Of a stretch of 64,000 nt of DNA, positions 38,723-48,515 are shown piece after piece. Each line of letters opens with the position of its first letter. Positions within the stretch are counted from its first letter, which is position 1. Position numbers and translations under genes: made by a program. Where the stretch lies: the NCBI GenBank assembly GCA_965238075.1, contig OZ250173.1, forward strand, positions 2,720,001 to 2,784,000. The letters are read 5' to 3'. The DNA is from Candidatus Entotheonellaceae bacterium (GTDB lineage Bacteria; Tectomicrobia; Entotheonellia; Entotheonellales; Entotheonellaceae). The notes under the pieces were generated by a model. It made no database searches, was not told the DNA's origin, and worked only from the letters and a program-made list of their open reading frames with translations.

Positions 38723-38752
38723 TGTTGTACATGTACAGGTAACTGTACAACA
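38723..38752. promoter_or_regulatory. YefM autoregulatory operator
   Basis: Three TGTACA cores (38726, 38732, 38744) inside a TGTTGTACA..TGTACAACA palindrome. Confidence 0.8.
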
Positions 38753-38784
38753 CAGAGACACGCCCAACAAGGGCGGGGAGCCGA

Positions 38785-38945
38785 CAGGGGAAGCGTATAT
38801 GGCGTTATCCGGTCAAGACGTATAGCAGATAACGCCGATTCCGCTCTGCCCGTCTACGTCGGGCCTTAACGCCTCGCTTGTGGCGCGATTCCCGGCGGAT
38901 CAGGTTCAACGCCATGTGGCGCAACACCGACATCGTTTGAGCTCT
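38785..38945 (-). mobile_element. ISAs1-family transposase C-terminal remnant with probable terminal inverted repeat
   Basis: MSVLRHMALNLIRRESRHKRGVKARRRRAERNRRYLLYVLTG*, followed by a CAGGG.. end at 38785. Confidence 0.75.
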
Positions 38946-39041
38946 AACATTCCCGTTCAAGCCGGGGACAGGCTCTCCCGACATAGGGGGAGGAAGGAAA
39001 ACGCCTCAAACCAAGACACCACGGGCCGTTTGTGAGGCAAT

Positions 39042-39143
39042 ATGAGGCGGAGACGATTTCTGTATGCCGCAGCCGTCCCTCCTCATACCGGCGCGTTGGG
39101 TTATGTCGACGGGCCAGCCCCCCACCTGTCGACGAGGCGTTGA
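39042..39143 (+). pseudogene. Internally deleted paralog of the 37422-37988 gene
   Basis: Same leader GTTTGTGAGGC.ATATGAGGCGGAGAC; MRRRRFLYAA joined directly to VPPHTGALGYVDG. Confidence 0.75.
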
Positions 39144-39163
39144 AATGACTCTGGAGTTTACTT

Positions 39164-39514
39164 GTGGATGACTTTAACGCCGTTTGCGGAACTACTGATC
39201 TGTCACCCGGCAGCATGACCTGGGTCGCCGTGGACCGGGAGCGGGTGCTGCTGGCCAACGTCGAGGGAACGTTCTACGCTCTCAGTGACGTGTGCGGCCA
39301 CCTGCGCGCGCCGCTGTCGCGCGGTCGGCTGGACGGCTACAGCGTCGAATGCCCGCTGCACTTCGCCTGCTTCGATGTCCGCACCGGAGCATTGATCAGC
39401 GGTCCGGTCGCTACCGATGTGCCTACCTACCAAGTCTGCGTCGAGGACGGCACCGTGTACGTCAGCTCCCAACCGCAGGCTCGCCTGCTGGACGCCGACT
39501 CGAAAATGCCTTAA
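39164..39514 (+). CDS. Rieske [2Fe-2S] ferredoxin
   Basis: CGH...CPLH Rieske ligands. Confidence 0.92.
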   Translation: MDDFNAVCGTTDLSPGSMTWVAVDRERVLLANVEGTFYALSDVCGHLRAPLSRGRLDGYSVECPLHFACFDVRTGALISGPVATDVPTYQVCVEDGTVYVSSQPQARLLDADSKMP

Positions 39515-39559
39515 TAATGTCCCTTCACTTCATCCACGCCACGCACCGAGGACCCACAC

Positions 39560-40204
39560 ATGGAAAAGTTCACGATCCTGAGCGGCATTGCGGCGCCCAT
39601 GGACATGATGAACATCGACACTGATCAGATCATCCCCAAGCTGCACCTGCGCACCATCAAGCGGACGGGCCTCGGCAAGGTGGTCTTCGACGAGCTGCGC
39701 TTCAACCCCGACGGCAGCGAAAAGCCGGACTTCGTGCTCAACCGCGAGCCATACCGCCGCGCCAGCATCCTCGTCGCCGGGGACAATTTCGGCTGCGGCT
39801 CGTCGCGCGAGCACGCTCCCTGGGCGCTGCTTGATTTCGGCATCCGCTGCATCATCTCAACCAGCTTCGCCGACATCTTCTACAACAATTGCTTCAAGAA
39901 CGGCATCCTGCCCGTCACCGTCGGCAAGGACGACTGGCGCCTTTTGCTGAGCGACGCCACCGACCCGGAAACCCCCCGGCTGACGGTGGACCTCGAAGCC
40001 CTGACGATCACCCGGCCCAACGGCGACCCGATCACCTTTGAAATTGACGACTTCCGGCGTGACTGCCTGTTGAACGGCCTTGACGACATCGGCCTGACGC
40101 TTCAGAAAGCCGACAAAATCGACGCCTTTGAGGCGGCGCAGAGAAAACAGCAGCCCTGGCTGTACGCCCCGGCTGGGCCTACAGCGAGCGTCAGTCGAGC
40201 GTAG
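39560..40204 (+). CDS. leuD: 3-isopropylmalate dehydratase small subunit-like (type 1)
   Basis: [46 protein letters not shown]. Confidence 0.85.
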   Translation: MEKFTILSGIAAPMDMMNIDTDQIIPKLHLRTIKRTGLGKVVFDELRFNPDGSEKPDFVLNREPYRRASILVAGDNFGCGSSREHAPWALLDFGIRCIISTSFADIFYNNCFKNGILPVTVGKDDWRLLLSDATDPETPRLTVDLEALTITRPNGDPITFEIDDFRRDCLLNGLDDIGLTLQKADKIDAFEAAQRKQQPWLYAPAGPTASVSRA

Positions 40205-40246
40205 AAAACAAATCTGCACGAGCGTAGCGAGTGAAGGAGAAACGCT

Positions 40247-41656
40247 GTGGCGAGCCCGCAAACCCTGTTCGATAAAATCTGGCAGAGCCACGTCGTGGAC
40301 ATGCAGGACGACGGCACCACGATTCTGTACATCGACCGCCACCTGCTGCACGAAGTGCTGTCGCCGCAAGCCTTCGAGGGATTGCGGCTGGCCGGACGCC
40401 AGGTGCGGCGGCGCGACGCGACCCTGGCCGTGGCCGACCACAACGTTCCCACCACCGACCGTCGGCAGGGTATTGAAGACCCGGAATCGCGTCTGCAGGT
40501 CGAGACCCTGAGCATCAACTGCAAAGAATTCGACGTGCCGATCTTCGACATGCTGGACCCGCGTCAGGGCATCGTGCACGTCATCGGGCCGGAGCAGGGA
40601 TTCACCCTGCCGGGCACTACGGTGGTGTGCTGCGACAGCCATACCGCCACGCACGGCGCTTTTGGGGCGCTGGCGTTCGGCATCGGCACCTCCGAGGGCG
40701 AGCACGTGCTCGCCACGCAGACGCTGCGCACATCCAAGCCCAGGAACATGCGCGTGCTGGTCGACGATCCGCTGCCGCCGGGCTGCACCGGCAAGGACCT
40801 CATTCTGGCGATCATCGGGCGCATCGGCACCGCCGGCGGCACCGGCCATATCGTCGAATACGTCGGGCGGGCCTTTCGTGACTTGTCCATGGAAGGACGC
40901 ATGACCGTCAGCAACATGACCATCGAAGCCGGCGCACGCGCCGGTCTGGTGGCACCCGACGACAAGACCTTTGCCTACCTCAAGGGCCGCCCTATGGCGC
41001 CGCAGGGAGCGCAGTGGGACGCCGCGGTGGCCTATTGGCGGACGCTCAAGTCCGACGACGGCGCCGTGTATGACCGTGAAGTACGGATCGACGCGGCGGA
41101 CATCGCCCCGCAGGTGACCTGGGGCACCAGCCCCGAGGACGTGGTGCCGATTACCGGCGCGGTGCCCGACCCGCAGGAGGCGCCGACGGAAGCCAAACGC
41201 GCCGCTATGCGCCGGTCGCTCGATTACATGGGGCTGACGCCGGGCACCCGGATGACCGACGTGGCTATCGACAACGTGTTCATCGGCTCGTGCACCAACA
41301 GCCGTATCGAGGACCTGCGCGCCGCTGCTGACATCCTGCGCGGCCGGCGGGTTGCCGCCCATGTGGACGCGATGGTGTCGCCGGGGTCGTCGATCATCAA
41401 GCAGCAGGCCGAGGCCGAGGGGCTGGACCAGGTTTTCATCGCTGCCGGCTTCCAGTGGCGCGAATCTGGCTGCTCCATGTGCCTGGGCATGAACCCCGAC
41501 CGCGTGCCGCCCGGCAAGCGTTGCGCCTCCACCTCGAACCGCAACTTCGAGGGCCGCCAGGGCCGCGATGCCCGCACCCATCTCGTCAGCCCGGCGATGG
41601 CCGCTGCCGCGTCGGTCACAGGCCGTCTCACCGACGTGCGCCAACTGGCCCGCTGA
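40247..41656 (+). CDS. leuC: 3-isopropylmalate dehydratase large subunit-like (type 1)
   Basis: [34 protein letters not shown]. Confidence 0.85.
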   Translation: MASPQTLFDKIWQSHVVDMQDDGTTILYIDRHLLHEVLSPQAFEGLRLAGRQVRRRDATLAVADHNVPTTDRRQGIEDPESRLQVETLSINCKEFDVPIFDMLDPRQGIVHVIGPEQGFTLPGTTVVCCDSHTATHGAFGALAFGIGTSEGEHVLATQTLRTSKPRNMRVLVDDPLPPGCTGKDLILAIIGRIGTAGGTGHIVEYVGRAFRDLSMEGRMTVSNMTIEAGARAGLVAPDDKTFAYLKGRPMAPQGAQWDAAVAYWRTLKSDDGAVYDREVRIDAADIAPQVTWGTSPEDVVPITGAVPDPQEAPTEAKRAAMRRSLDYMGLTPGTRMTDVAIDNVFIGSCTNSRIEDLRAAADILRGRRVAAHVDAMVSPGSSIIKQQAEAEGLDQVFIAAGFQWRESGCSMCLGMNPDRVPPGKRCASTSNRNFEGRQGRDARTHLVSPAMAAAASVTGRLTDVRQLAR

Positions 41657-41665
41657 GAGGTCTGC

Positions 41666-42721
41666 ATGGTGCAGCGTCTTTCCGTCCTCGACCAAACTAT
41701 CGCCGCCGCCGGCCAGCCCGCCCACGTCGCCATCCGCAACACCGTGGCGTTGGCGCAGCATTGCGAACGACTGGGCTATGCGCGCTTCTGGGTCTCCGAA
41801 CACCACAATCACCCGACCATTCTCGGCACGGCGCCGGAAATTCTGATCAGCGCCATCGCCGCCACCACGTCACGTATCCGCGTCGGTAGCGCCGGAATCA
41901 TGCTGCCGCACTACGCACCGTTCAAGGTCGCCGAGCAGTTCCGCGTGCTCGACGCCCTGGCGCCCGGGCGCATCGACCTGGGGTTGGGGCGCGCCCCCGG
42001 CTCGGACGGCCTGACGGCCTTTGCCCTGCACCCGCTGGCGAATGAGCGTCCGGCGCAATTCCCTTCCGATGTGCGCGACTTGCTGGCCTGGGTGAGCGGC
42101 GCGCCCCTGGCGGACGGCCATCCGTTTGCCGCCGTCAAGGCGCACCCAATGAGCGACACCGTGCCGGAGACGTGGATTCTCGGCAGCTCGACCTATGGCG
42201 CTCAGGTGGCGGCGCATTTCGGCCTGCCGTACTGCTTCGCCTGGTTCTTCACCGACGGCCAGGGCGCCCGGCAGGCGCTGCGGGTTTATCAGGGGGCTTA
42301 CCAGCCCAGTGAGCGGCACCCGCATCCGCACGCCGGCATCTGCGTGTGGGCCCTGGCCGCCGACAGCGAGGAAGAGGCGCAGTACCACTTCACCTCGCGG
42401 GCCATTTGGCGCCTGTCGCGCGACCGGGGGGTGTTTCTGCCGTTTGAAGCGCCCGACGTCGCCGCGACACAACCGTTGAGCTCTGCTGAGGCAAAGCGGG
42501 TGGAACAATTGCGCCGCGATTCGCTGGTGGGCACCAACGAGCACGTGGCGGCCCGTATCCGCGAGCTCGCCGAGGACCTCAACGTGCAGGAAGTCGCGGT
42601 CGTCACCTGGACCTACGACGAGGCCGTCCGGCAGCGCAGCTACGAGCTCCTGGCCCAGGCTTTTGGGCACGCCGATCAGGCCGCCCCGACAACCACCGAG
42701 AGTGTTCCACTGCAGTCATGA
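41666..42721 (+). CDS. LLM-class luciferase-like monooxygenase
   Basis: LSVLDQ, FWVSEHHN, PGRIDLGLGRAPG. Confidence 0.92.
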   Translation: MVQRLSVLDQTIAAAGQPAHVAIRNTVALAQHCERLGYARFWVSEHHNHPTILGTAPEILISAIAATTSRIRVGSAGIMLPHYAPFKVAEQFRVLDALAPGRIDLGLGRAPGSDGLTAFALHPLANERPAQFPSDVRDLLAWVSGAPLADGHPFAAVKAHPMSDTVPETWILGSSTYGAQVAAHFGLPYCFAWFFTDGQGARQALRVYQGAYQPSERHPHPHAGICVWALAADSEEEAQYHFTSRAIWRLSRDRGVFLPFEAPDVAATQPLSSAEAKRVEQLRRDSLVGTNEHVAARIRELAEDLNVQEVAVVTWTYDEAVRQRSYELLAQAFGHADQAAPTTTESVPLQS

Positions 42722-42757
42722 GGCGCGCGCCGCCTGCTGGCTGATCCCCGGAGAATT

Positions 42758-44446
42758 ATGGATACCCCGCAACCGTTCAGCCTGCTATGGCCCACCGGCG
42801 CGGCACGCTGCCACACGGAATTGGACGCCCAATGCGTGCGCGACCTGGAGTTGGACCAGACCCTCTTGGCGCTCACGCGCAGCAGCATCGAACGCGGCAA
42901 AGTTCGGGACATTCTCACCCGCATCTGCACCGACCCCGCCGTCATTGCCTACCGCCAAGACGTCATCGAAGACCTGTGGGACCATCCGGCATTCCGTGAA
43001 GGTCTGGAGGCCCTCTTGCCGTCCATCGGTGCCCTGGAATCGTATCGCTCCTCCTATTACCGCAAACGCTCAACGTTTCAGGACGTTACGTGGCGTCTGG
43101 GCGAGCTGGATCATTTCGTCAGTTGCGTCAGCGGCCTGAATGATCTGTTCGACGCAGTGGGGGAGGGCGTGCAGGCCGAGGGTTGGCGCGCCCTGCGCGG
43201 TTTCATTGCTCAAACCGCCGGCGACCCCGTCTACCGCAACCTGACGCGCGAGCTTCCGGGTATGCTCGACACGCTCCGCACCAAGGCCAGTGTCACCATC
43301 GGCGTCAATCTGGACAGCCAACTGCGGCCCGTGGCGGCCACGCTGCTGTCGGTCAACGCCCGGCGTTTCACCTCGTCGTCGTTCATCGACCGTCTCCTGG
43401 GCCGGGAAGGCGACGCCTTCAAGGGTATCGGCCCGCTGCATAGCGTGCCCGAAATCGATTCCGGCCCTGGCATCCCGGGTTTGGCAGGTGGCCGTCAGGA
43501 CGTGAATCCGCTTATGGTGCCGCTGTTCAGCGACCTCGCCCGGGTGCTGGATTCCGTCTGCCGACCGATTGCCCGTATCCTGCGCCGCTACGTCACCGTG
43601 CAGAGCGGCTTTCTGGCTTCGCTGAGCGGCGACATGGCATTTTACATGGCTGCCATCCGGCTCATGGAACGGCTGCGGAATCATGGGTTGCCGGTGTGCC
43701 GGCCCGGCATCGCACCGACGGACGAACGGGTTGGCGAATTGCGCGAGGCATACAACCTGAACCTGGCGTTGCAGGGTGCGGGGCAGACAGGCGGGGCCGA
43801 CCGTATCGTCAGGAACGACGTCTGCATGGACCGTGACAGCCGCATCACGATACTGACCGGCCCCAATCAGGGTGGCAAGACGACCTACACGCAGATGGTC
43901 GGGCTGTGCCAGATTCTTGCTCAGGCCGGTCTGTGGCTACCGGCGGCGAGTGCCCGCGTCAGCCTGGTCGATAACATCTTCACCCACTACCCGGTCGAGG
44001 AGAGCCTGGCCAAGGCCACGGGGCGGTTCGGCGACGAAGCACAGCGCCTGAGTCAGATATTCAAGCGCGCCACGCGGCACAGCCTGATTCTGCTGAACGA
44101 ATCGCTGGCCAGCACCAGCCCCGGCGAGAGCGTCTATCTGGCGCAGGACATCAGCCGTATTCTGCGTCGCATGGGCACGCGCGCCATTTTCGCCACGCAC
44201 TTGCACGAACTCGCCGCCGCCGTGCCGCAGCTCAATGCCGAGACGGATGGGGACAGTGGGTTGGTGAGCCTGGTGGCGTCACGCTTGCAGGACGGCGAGG
44301 ATGGCGATCAGCGGTCGTACAAGATTCTTCCGGGTCCGCCCATGGGGCGCAGCTATGCCCGCGAGATCGCCTCGAAATACGGCATCAGCTATGAGCAATT
44401 GACGACGCTGCTGCAGGAGCGCGGCGTGTTGGATGAACCGTCTTGA
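42758..44446 (+). CDS. MutS-related ATPase (domain V, no mismatch-recognition domain)
   Basis: TGPNQGGKTT, FTHYP, GRFGDE, LLNES, FATHLHEL. Confidence 0.88.
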   Translation: MDTPQPFSLLWPTGAARCHTELDAQCVRDLELDQTLLALTRSSIERGKVRDILTRICTDPAVIAYRQDVIEDLWDHPAFREGLEALLPSIGALESYRSSYYRKRSTFQDVTWRLGELDHFVSCVSGLNDLFDAVGEGVQAEGWRALRGFIAQTAGDPVYRNLTRELPGMLDTLRTKASVTIGVNLDSQLRPVAATLLSVNARRFTSSSFIDRLLGREGDAFKGIGPLHSVPEIDSGPGIPGLAGGRQDVNPLMVPLFSDLARVLDSVCRPIARILRRYVTVQSGFLASLSGDMAFYMAAIRLMERLRNHGLPVCRPGIAPTDERVGELREAYNLNLALQGAGQTGGADRIVRNDVCMDRDSRITILTGPNQGGKTTYTQMVGLCQILAQAGLWLPAASARVSLVDNIFTHYPVEESLAKATGRFGDEAQRLSQIFKRATRHSLILLNESLASTSPGESVYLAQDISRILRRMGTRAIFATHLHELAAAVPQLNAETDGDSGLVSLVASRLQDGEDGDQRSYKILPGPPMGRSYAREIASKYGISYEQLTTLLQERGVLDEPS

Positions 44447-44454
44447 ACGTTGTG

Positions 44455-44494
44455 CCCTCGCCCCTCCGCGGGAGAGGGTTGGGGTAAGGAGGAA
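44455..44494 (+). repeat. Palindromic REP-like element, copy 3 (contains the panE SD)
   Basis: CCCTCGCCCCTCCGCGGGAGAGGGTTGGGGTAAGGAGGAA. Confidence 0.8.
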
Positions 44495-44498
44495 GCAC

Positions 44499-45437
44499 AT
44501 GCGTATCGCGATGGTGGGGGCCGGCGGTGTCGGCGGCTATTTTGGCGGCCGGTTGGCGCAGGCTGGTCACGACGTGACCTTTATCGCCCGAGGCGAGCAC
44601 CTGAGAGCCATGCTGCAAGAGGGGCTGCGGGTGGAAAGCATCAACGGCGATTTTGCCGTTTCGCCCGTGCAGGCTACCGATAAACCCGATGGCATCGGCG
44701 CCGTCGATCTCGTCATCATGGGCGTGAAGGCGTGGCAAATCCCCGAGACCGCTGCCCGCCTCAGCCCGATGCTCGGGCCGGACACCTTGGTGCTGCCCTT
44801 GCAAAACGGTCTGGAAGCGTCATCGCAATTGGCGGAGGTCCTGGGGCCGTCGCCCGTGCTGGGCGGCCTGTGCGCCATCTACAGTTTCATCACGGCGCCG
44901 GGTTGCATTCGCCACATTGGCATCGATCCCTCGGTGACGTTCGGCGTGTTGCAGCCGAGCCAGGCGAGTCGGTTGGCTGAGATTCAGGAGGCCCTGCAGC
45001 AGGCCGGCGTGACGGCCAACATCGCGCCGGATATCCGGGTGCCGTTATGGGAAAAATTTCTGGTGCTGCGCTGGGGGGTCGTTGGCGCCGTGTCTCGCGT
45101 GCCCGCGGGTGTGCTGCGCCGATTGCCGCAGGCTCGGGCCATGATCGACCAGGCTGGCCGTGAAGTGCTGGCCGTCGCCAAGACACAAGCGATCGGCCTG
45201 TCGGTGGATGCCCTGCAACGCAGCAGCGCTTTGCTGGATAGTTTACCTGCCGGCGCTACCACCTCGCTACAGCGCGACGTCATGGAGGGCCGCCCCTCGG
45301 AACTGGATGCGCAGGCCGGGGCGCTGGTACGCCTGGGTGAGCAGGTCGGCGTCACCACGCCGTTGCACACCTTCATTTACCACAGTTTACTGCCGATGGA
45401 GATGCAGGCGCGCGGTGAAATCGGCGAGGAGGTTTGA
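44499..45437 (+). CDS. panE: 2-dehydropantoate 2-reductase family
   Basis: GAGGVGG, VK, LQNG, WEK, SLQRD..GRPSELD. Confidence 0.88.
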   Translation: MRIAMVGAGGVGGYFGGRLAQAGHDVTFIARGEHLRAMLQEGLRVESINGDFAVSPVQATDKPDGIGAVDLVIMGVKAWQIPETAARLSPMLGPDTLVLPLQNGLEASSQLAEVLGPSPVLGGLCAIYSFITAPGCIRHIGIDPSVTFGVLQPSQASRLAEIQEALQQAGVTANIAPDIRVPLWEKFLVLRWGVVGAVSRVPAGVLRRLPQARAMIDQAGREVLAVAKTQAIGLSVDALQRSSALLDSLPAGATTSLQRDVMEGRPSELDAQAGALVRLGEQVGVTTPLHTFIYHSLLPMEMQARGEIGEEV

Positions 45438-45452
45438 TACCCGCTCGGTTCC

Positions 45453-46706
45453 TTACCGGCGCTCGCTGCTCAGTATCTCTCGCGTGGCGTCCATAATCCT
45501 CGGCAATACCAGCACCGCCACCGACAGCACCATAATCCCCGTCAGCGCAAAAATCCGAATCGCAAAGACCGGACTGACGTTGGCCGCTACTGCGCCGATC
45601 AGCAACGAACCCACCGGTCCGGCGCCGATCGCCAGACTGATGACGCCGAGCGCCCGGCCGCGCATGTCGTCCTTGGCGAGGATGAGGATCAGCGCCGATT
45701 GCATGGTGGCAAAGCCGGCCATGCCCAGCCCCAGCAGAAACAGTATCGGGAACGATATGACGTACCATTGCGACAGCGAGAAGGCGAACAACGCCAGCAG
45801 CGACAGAAGCGAGCCGCCTACGTAGACCCGTCCGTGGTACCGCAACCCGACCGCCAGGGTGATGAGCGAGGCGCCGACCGACGAGCCCAGCCCCTCTGCC
45901 GCCTGCAAAGTGCCAATCAGTGCCGGGCCGGCGTGCAGTACGTCGCGTGCCAGCACCGTCACCATTGGCACATAAGGGAACATCAGCAGGTTGATAATTA
46001 ACGTGATGAGAACAGTGGCCAGGATGACGGGATTGCTGCGCACGTAGGCGATGCCTTCGACGAGATTGCGTATGACCGGCTGCCGTGCCGTCGTGCGAGG
46101 CTGCCCGGTGCCGGCGGGAAAGGGCAGCAAGAACACGTAGCTCAACGCATAGCACACCGCTACCGCCACGGAGCCGCCCGCCACGCCCGTCAGCCCGATG
46201 AGCACCCCGGCCACGCCCGGCCCGACCATGCGACTGCCGTTCATACCGATCGCGTCCAACGCAATGGCGTTGGTTACCCCTGTCGGCCCCACCAGATCGA
46301 AGATTGCCGCCCGCCGCGCCGGGAAGCTCAATGCCCAACACGCCCCGGTAATCAGCATGGCGACGTAGGCGTGCCACACCCGCACGGTGTCGGTGAGCAT
46401 CAGGAAGGCGAGGGCGCAACTCGCCAGCACCGCGATCCCTTGGGTGACCGTCATCAAGCGGCGACGGTCGACCCTGTCCACCAGCACGCCGCCGACCAGA
46501 CCCAGCAGCAAGGTGGGCAGCATACTGAAGAACCCCACCAGCGACACCAGCCACGGCGAATCCGTCAGTTCGAGGATCATCCAGGCGAGCAGCGGCATTT
46601 GCATCCAGCGCGAGGTGTAGGAAAAGAAATTGGCCAACCACAGGAAGGGGTAATGACGGTATCGGAACGCCCTGAACGGGCCTGAGGGATACGGCTCGGA
46701 GGTCAT
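45453..46706 (-). CDS. MFS transporter
   Basis: About 12 TMs, GGVLVDRVDRRR motif A; candidate promoter TTGACA-N18-TACACT at 46754-46783. Confidence 0.9.
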   Translation of the reverse strand: MTSEPYPSGPFRAFRYRHYPFLWLANFFSYTSRWMQMPLLAWMILELTDSPWLVSLVGFFSMLPTLLLGLVGGVLVDRVDRRRLMTVTQGIAVLASCALAFLMLTDTVRVWHAYVAMLITGACWALSFPARRAAIFDLVGPTGVTNAIALDAIGMNGSRMVGPGVAGVLIGLTGVAGGSVAVAVCYALSYVFLLPFPAGTGQPRTTARQPVIRNLVEGIAYVRSNPVILATVLITLIINLLMFPYVPMVTVLARDVLHAGPALIGTLQAAEGLGSSVGASLITLAVGLRYHGRVYVGGSLLSLLALFAFSLSQWYVISFPILFLLGLGMAGFATMQSALILILAKDDMRGRALGVISLAIGAGPVGSLLIGAVAANVSPVFAIRIFALTGIMVLSVAVLVLPRIMDATREILSSERR

Positions 46707-46864
46707 TGAATCTCTGGGCGGCCGGGGATTGGGTGGCGAGATATGGTGCTGGCAGTGTAGGTCCGGCGCCGGGGAGGTGTCAAGAAGGGCCAGTGGATAT
46801 GGTACATTGCCCCGGTTCTGACGACCCAGACTTGGCGCGGTGAGACCACGAAGGAGCCCCTGAG

Positions 46865-48505
46865 ATGGCCGATTGGTATGAGAAACGCACCCTCGGCAGC
46901 CTGCCCGACAGCATGGCGCGTAGGCTGCCGCACCGGGAAGCGTTGGTTTTCGAGGCGTGGCGGTTTACCTTTGCCGAGGTGGCGGCGGAGGTCGACCGCG
47001 CTGCCAAGGCACTGATAGCCCTCGGTGTGTGCCCGGGCGATCATGTCTGCCTGTGGCTCAACAACTGCGCGGACTCGATCTTCATCCTATACGGCTTGGC
47101 GAAGGTCGGCGCCGTGCAGGTTCCGATCAACACCCGCTTCCGCACCCGCGACTTGGCGTACGTGCTGCATCAGTCCGACAGTGTCATGCTGATCACCCAT
47201 GAGGTCTCTGGCCCTGTCGATTACCTCGACATGGTGCGGCAGGTTGTCAGATTGCCGGCTGGGGAGGTGGTGGTGTCGGACCCCGATTATCCCCAGCTGA
47301 AGCGCGTGGTGATTGTTGCCGATGACGCGCACCCTGGCACCACCGCGTGGCAGGCCGCCTTGCAAGCCGGCACCGCCGTGCCGGACGAGGAACTGCGCCA
47401 GCGCGCCGATGTCGTGGACTGCGACGCCCCGGCGCTCATCATGTACACCTCGGGAACCACCGGTTTTCCCAAGGGCGTCGTGCACACACACAACCTGGTG
47501 CGCAACGTCGAGGAAAGGGCCTACCGCCTAGCCGTGACGCCGCGCGACGTCATTCTCAACTACCTGCCGCTGTTTCACGCCTTCGGTTATTCCGAGGGCG
47601 CTCTGACGTCCATGCTCACCGGCGCCAAACAGATCGTCACGCCCACCTTCGACCCGCCCGCCTGCCTCGATCTGATCGAGCGCGAAGGCGTCACCCTGAT
47701 GCACGGCTTCGAGACCCACATGAAGGACCTCAGTGACGCTCAGGAGCGCCAGCCCCGCGACTTGAGGACGTTGCGTACTGGCCTGTTTGCCGCCGGCATG
47801 CACAGCGCCACCCCGATATGCCGCCGCGGCGCCCGACTGCTGGCGCCGTTCAAGGCCGTCTCCGGGTACGGCATGACCGAGGTCTGGATCGGCGCTGCCC
47901 TCGGCGCTCTCGACGACGACGAAACGCGCCGTGACGAATCGTCCGGTTACCCGGCGCCCGGCTACGACATGCGCATCGTCGATCCCGACTCCGGCGCCGA
48001 GCTCGGCGCCAATGTCCCCGGCGAGTTGCAGGTGCGCGGCTACTGTCTGATGCTCGGCTATTACAACAAGCCCCAGGAAACGGCGGCCTGTTATACTGCC
48101 GACGGCTGGTTCAAAACCGGCGACACCGCTTACTGGCGCGACGACGGCTACCTGCGTTTTCTGGGGCGTTACAAGGACATGCTCAAGGTGGGTGGGGAGA
48201 ACGTCGATCCGATGGAGGTTGAGGGCCTGCTCCTGGAGCATCCCGGCATCAGCCAAGTCGCGGTCGTGGGCCTCGCCGATGCCCGGCTCACTGAGGTGCC
48301 CGTCGCCTTCGTGCAGCCCGCTGCGGGGCGCGTACTCGAAGCCGGCGCGGTCATCGACTACTGCCGCGGCAAGCTGGCGAGCTTCAAGTTGCCTCACCAC
48401 GTCGTGTTTGTCGACGATTTCCCGATGACGGCGTCGGGCAAGATTCGTAAAACCGAACTGCGGGATCAGGCCCGACAAACCCTGGGCAACGATAGCGAGA
48501 CCTGA
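46865..48505 (+). CDS. AMP-binding acyl-CoA synthetase
   Basis: YTSGTTGFPKG, GYGMTE, KTGD, GRYKD, SGK. Confidence 0.93.
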   Translation: MADWYEKRTLGSLPDSMARRLPHREALVFEAWRFTFAEVAAEVDRAAKALIALGVCPGDHVCLWLNNCADSIFILYGLAKVGAVQVPINTRFRTRDLAYVLHQSDSVMLITHEVSGPVDYLDMVRQVVRLPAGEVVVSDPDYPQLKRVVIVADDAHPGTTAWQAALQAGTAVPDEELRQRADVVDCDAPALIMYTSGTTGFPKGVVHTHNLVRNVEERAYRLAVTPRDVILNYLPLFHAFGYSEGALTSMLTGAKQIVTPTFDPPACLDLIEREGVTLMHGFETHMKDLSDAQERQPRDLRTLRTGLFAAGMHSATPICRRGARLLAPFKAVSGYGMTEVWIGAALGALDDDETRRDESSGYPAPGYDMRIVDPDSGAELGANVPGELQVRGYCLMLGYYNKPQETAACYTADGWFKTGDTAYWRDDGYLRFLGRYKDMLKVGGENVDPMEVEGLLLEHPGISQVAVVGLADARLTEVPVAFVQPAAGRVLEAGAVIDYCRGKLASFKLPHHVVFVDDFPMTASGKIRKTELRDQARQTLGNDSET

Positions 48506-48515
48506 GCACTCCGTC

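Noticed and set aside
39857-41812. 651-aa minus-strand ORF (similarly 56200-57996, 4812-6131 and other long overlapping ORFs)
   Set aside because: Stop-poor antisense or alternative frames typical of high-GC coding DNA; the overlapping frame has clear family motifs.
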